Below, in pieces: positions 7,270-9,079 of a stretch of 9,079 bases of DNA. A program made the translations under genes and the position numbers. Position 1 is the stretch's first letter, and each line of letters opens with the position of its first letter. The stretch is from Octopus sinensis. Taxonomy: Eukaryota. The stretch spans positions 1-9,079 of the forward strand of contig NW_021828037.1 of the NCBI RefSeq assembly GCF_006345805.1, given 5' to 3'. Below the pieces are notes generated by a model. It made no database searches, was not told where the DNA came from, and saw only the letters and a program-made list of their open reading frames with translations.

Positions 7270-7536
7270 TTAACTGATTGGAAGAGTTAACATGTACATG
7301 TTTTGTCTTGGATATAAGAAATGAACTACAGCAAATATTCTGCTCAAGACCGTAGATTTGCTTATCAGTTGTTTGACCTTAACCTGTTGAATATGTCCCT
7401 CGGTGACTGACAATATGTGTACCTCTGCTCATAAGCAGAAGTTGCGGGGGAGCGTCATAGCCATATGCTGAGAGGAATTCTTTGGGCTTTGAATAATTCA
7501 CCCTGGAAACATGGGTGTTTCATTCATCATCTTTAA
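7270..7536 (+). mobile_element. Third interspersed repeat ('C'), left part; probably a SINE or LINE 3' region
   Basis: Recognised from recollection of a common Octopus repeat (TACAGCAAATATTCTGCTCAA...GGAAACATGGGTGTTTC). It continues at 7752 after an insertion. Confidence 0.5.
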
Positions 7537-7751
7537 CCTTTTCGTTACCAACCCGGCTGAAACCAGTTCTGGCTCTGAGTACAAATGTCTTGTTTTCATA
7601 AGTTTTGAATTAAAATCTTCCGTCAAACCTTAGTCACAATTTATGTTCCTAACTCTAGCTGAATGATAACTAAGTTATTTTACTAAATTCTTTGTTATAT
7701 TTAAAATTAATTGAAAGAAACACAGAGCATCTCAAAATGAATACAGTAATG
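7537..7751. mobile_element. MITE-like insert at TTAA, piggyBac-like left end, right end truncated
   Basis: TTAA (7533-7536) is followed by CCTTTTCGTTAC. The far end GTAATG (7746-7751) is a partial inverted match to CGTTAC. The interior is AT-rich and non-coding. Confidence 0.45.
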
Positions 7752-8000
7752 CAACCCTTATTCAGGAACCTTTTGAGCGGATGGGCTACTCGATCTGAAG
7801 AAAATTCTAACCGGTCCCTACCTGCAACCTCATGCGATGTTTATCCTGATATGAGATCAGCATGCCGCGCACATATGGCTGTGATGCATGTGCCTGGTGT
7901 ACCTTTACCAAACGCTTTGTCATGATGTGTATACTGGGCTTCGTATATTTGTACCTAGCGTCACTTTGATGGTGTGTACAGCTCTCTCTCTCACTCATTA
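7752..8000 (+). mobile_element. Repeat 'C', right part ending in CTCTCTCACTCA plus a simple-repeat tail
   Basis: CAACCCTTATTCAGG...GCTCTCTCTCTCACTCATTA runs directly into (ATG)n, a typical non-LTR retroelement 3' end. Confidence 0.55.
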
Positions 8001-8013
8001 ATGATGATGATGT

Positions 8014-8044
<31 letters not shown>

Positions 8045-8075
8045 GATGATGATGATGACAACGATGATGGTGATG
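8001..8075. repeat. (GAT)n trinucleotide repeat
   Basis: Direct reading. Explains the poly-S and poly-H ORFs. Confidence 0.95.
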
Positions 8076-8180
8076 ATTTCCTTTATTGACCATAAGGGCC
8101 AAAGACACTGAGAGCAATATCAAAGGACGAGAAACAACACAAAAATAAGCGGGGTTTACATCGATCAAAGGGAGACAGTA
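8076..8180 (-). mobile_element. Decayed SINE-B tail-1 fragment
   Basis: ATTTCCTTTATTGACCATAAGGGCCAAAGACAC...AAGGACGAGA aligns with ATTTCTTTATTACCCACAAGGGGCTGAACAT...ATGGATAGA at about 1859-1910. Confidence 0.55.
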
Positions 8181-8433
8181 CAACAATAAAGATATAACAA
8201 AAAGATATAAAAATAGAATTTAGAAAAATAAATAACTAATATATAGAATCCTCAATAGTGAAGTAGGCTACTTGGGTAATTCCAGGAAAACCACACACAA
8301 AATATCCCGGATTACTTTGTCATCCCCAAAAGCATGGGAAATGCCATCTTCAAGCTTCCTTCTTCTTTCTTAGAAAAGCAAACTCAGTGTAGATTGATTC
8401 AGCCTCACCAGTCTTGCCACCCTCTTCCAGCCC

Positions 8434-8530
8434 ATAATAATTCTTTCTATTATAGGTACATAGCCAGAAATTTGGCGGGAAATAGTTTCATTGGCTTCGA
8501 ACTGATGAAAGGCGACGTCAACCTCGGCGT
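8434..8530 (-). mobile_element. Old SINE-B fragment, internally deleted
   Basis: ATAATAATTCTTTCTATTATAGGTACATAGCCAGAAATTT...GATGAAAGGCGACGTCAACCTCGGCG. Confidence 0.6.
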
Positions 8531-8534
8531 TTAA

Positions 8535-8675
8535 TATTAATAATAATGGTTTCGAATTTTTGGCAAGGCCATCAATTCCAGGAAAAGGGACAACTCGACT
8601 ACATCGACACCATTGCTCAACTGGTACCAATTCTTTTGACCTCGTAAGGATGAAATGCAAAGTCGACTTCGGGGC
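8535..8675 (-). mobile_element. Old SINE-B fragment with (ATT)n tail
   Basis: AATAATAATGGTTTCGAATTTTTGGCAAGGCC...CGACTACATCGACACCATTGCTCAACTGGTAC...AAGGATGAAATGCAAAGTCGACTTCGG. Confidence 0.7.
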
Positions 8676-8990
8676 AAAATAATAATAACAGTCAATTTCT
8701 TGGTCACAAAAACCCATACCGTTCAATACAAAAGGTGTTATTCATATATACATACATATGTGCATGCGTATATGTACAAATATATAGACAAACACACACA
8801 TATACAAACTAGTAGATAAAATCCAGGCTAGCAGAACCTCGGAAGTACTTACCCAAACAAGGGGTAATCCGCTAGCTACTCGTCGGGCCAAAGACTACAC
8901 TATTGTTCCTGAAAGTTATTTCTGTATACCTTTTACGGACTGCTCGAAGCTTACTAACTCCCCACACCTTGACCCTTAGGTCTTAACTTT

Positions 8991-9013
8991 ACACACACAC
9001 ACACACACACACA
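8991..9013. repeat. (CA)n microsatellite
   Basis: Direct reading. Confidence 0.95.
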
Positions 9014-9018
9014 TATAT

Positions 9019-9079
9019 ACTCTTTACTCTTTTTTACTCTTTTACTTGTTTCAGTCATTTGACTGCGGCCATGCTGGAG
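9019..9079 (-). mobile_element. SINE-A 3' end, running off the window
   Basis: ACTCTTTTACTTGTTTCAGTCATTTGACTGCGGCCATGCTGGAG is the reverse complement of 4277-4315, with a tandem (GAGTAAAA)-like tail. Confidence 0.9.

Noticed and set aside
8502-8530. CTGATGA hammerhead-like motif
   Set aside because: It derives from the SINE-B core (GGATGAAAGGC), and no stem II-GAAA follows.
379-8726. The supplied six-frame ORFs (YI-, CV-, poly-V, poly-Y, poly-S and poly-H rich, and SINE-overlapping)
   Set aside because: They arise from microsatellites lacking stops or from SINE bodies. Only the start of the 2482-2667 ORF overlaps the RTE relic, and in a different frame.

Overview
Eukaryotic, repeat-saturated, largely non-coding DNA. 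The repeat families match my recollection of Octopus (coleoid cephalopod) repeats; this is an inference, not a database result. All supplied ORFs appear to be microsatellite or repeat artefacts. Contents: (1) six pieces of one tRNA-derived SINE ('SINE-A') in mixed orientation; (2) seven insertions of a second tRNA-derived SINE ('SINE-B'), all on the minus strand, including two copies of a heterodimer with an identical internal junction; (3) a frameshifted RTE-clade LINE reverse-transcriptase fragment, split by a SINE-B dimer+monomer block flanked by an exact 20-bp direct repeat; (4) a Helitron-type 3' terminus; (5) a decayed hammerhead-ribozyme-like core in a Penelope pLTR-like context; (6) a TTAA-associated MITE-like insert nested in another retroelement; (7) many di-, tri- and tetranucleotide microsatellites. 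The only candidate host coding sequence is a pair of phase-compatible minus-strand exons (5437-5357 and 5020-4936) of unknown product, missed by the ORF track. I see no clear evidence of a wholly new biological system. The best leads are the unannotated exons, the composite SINE and the ribozyme-like remnant.
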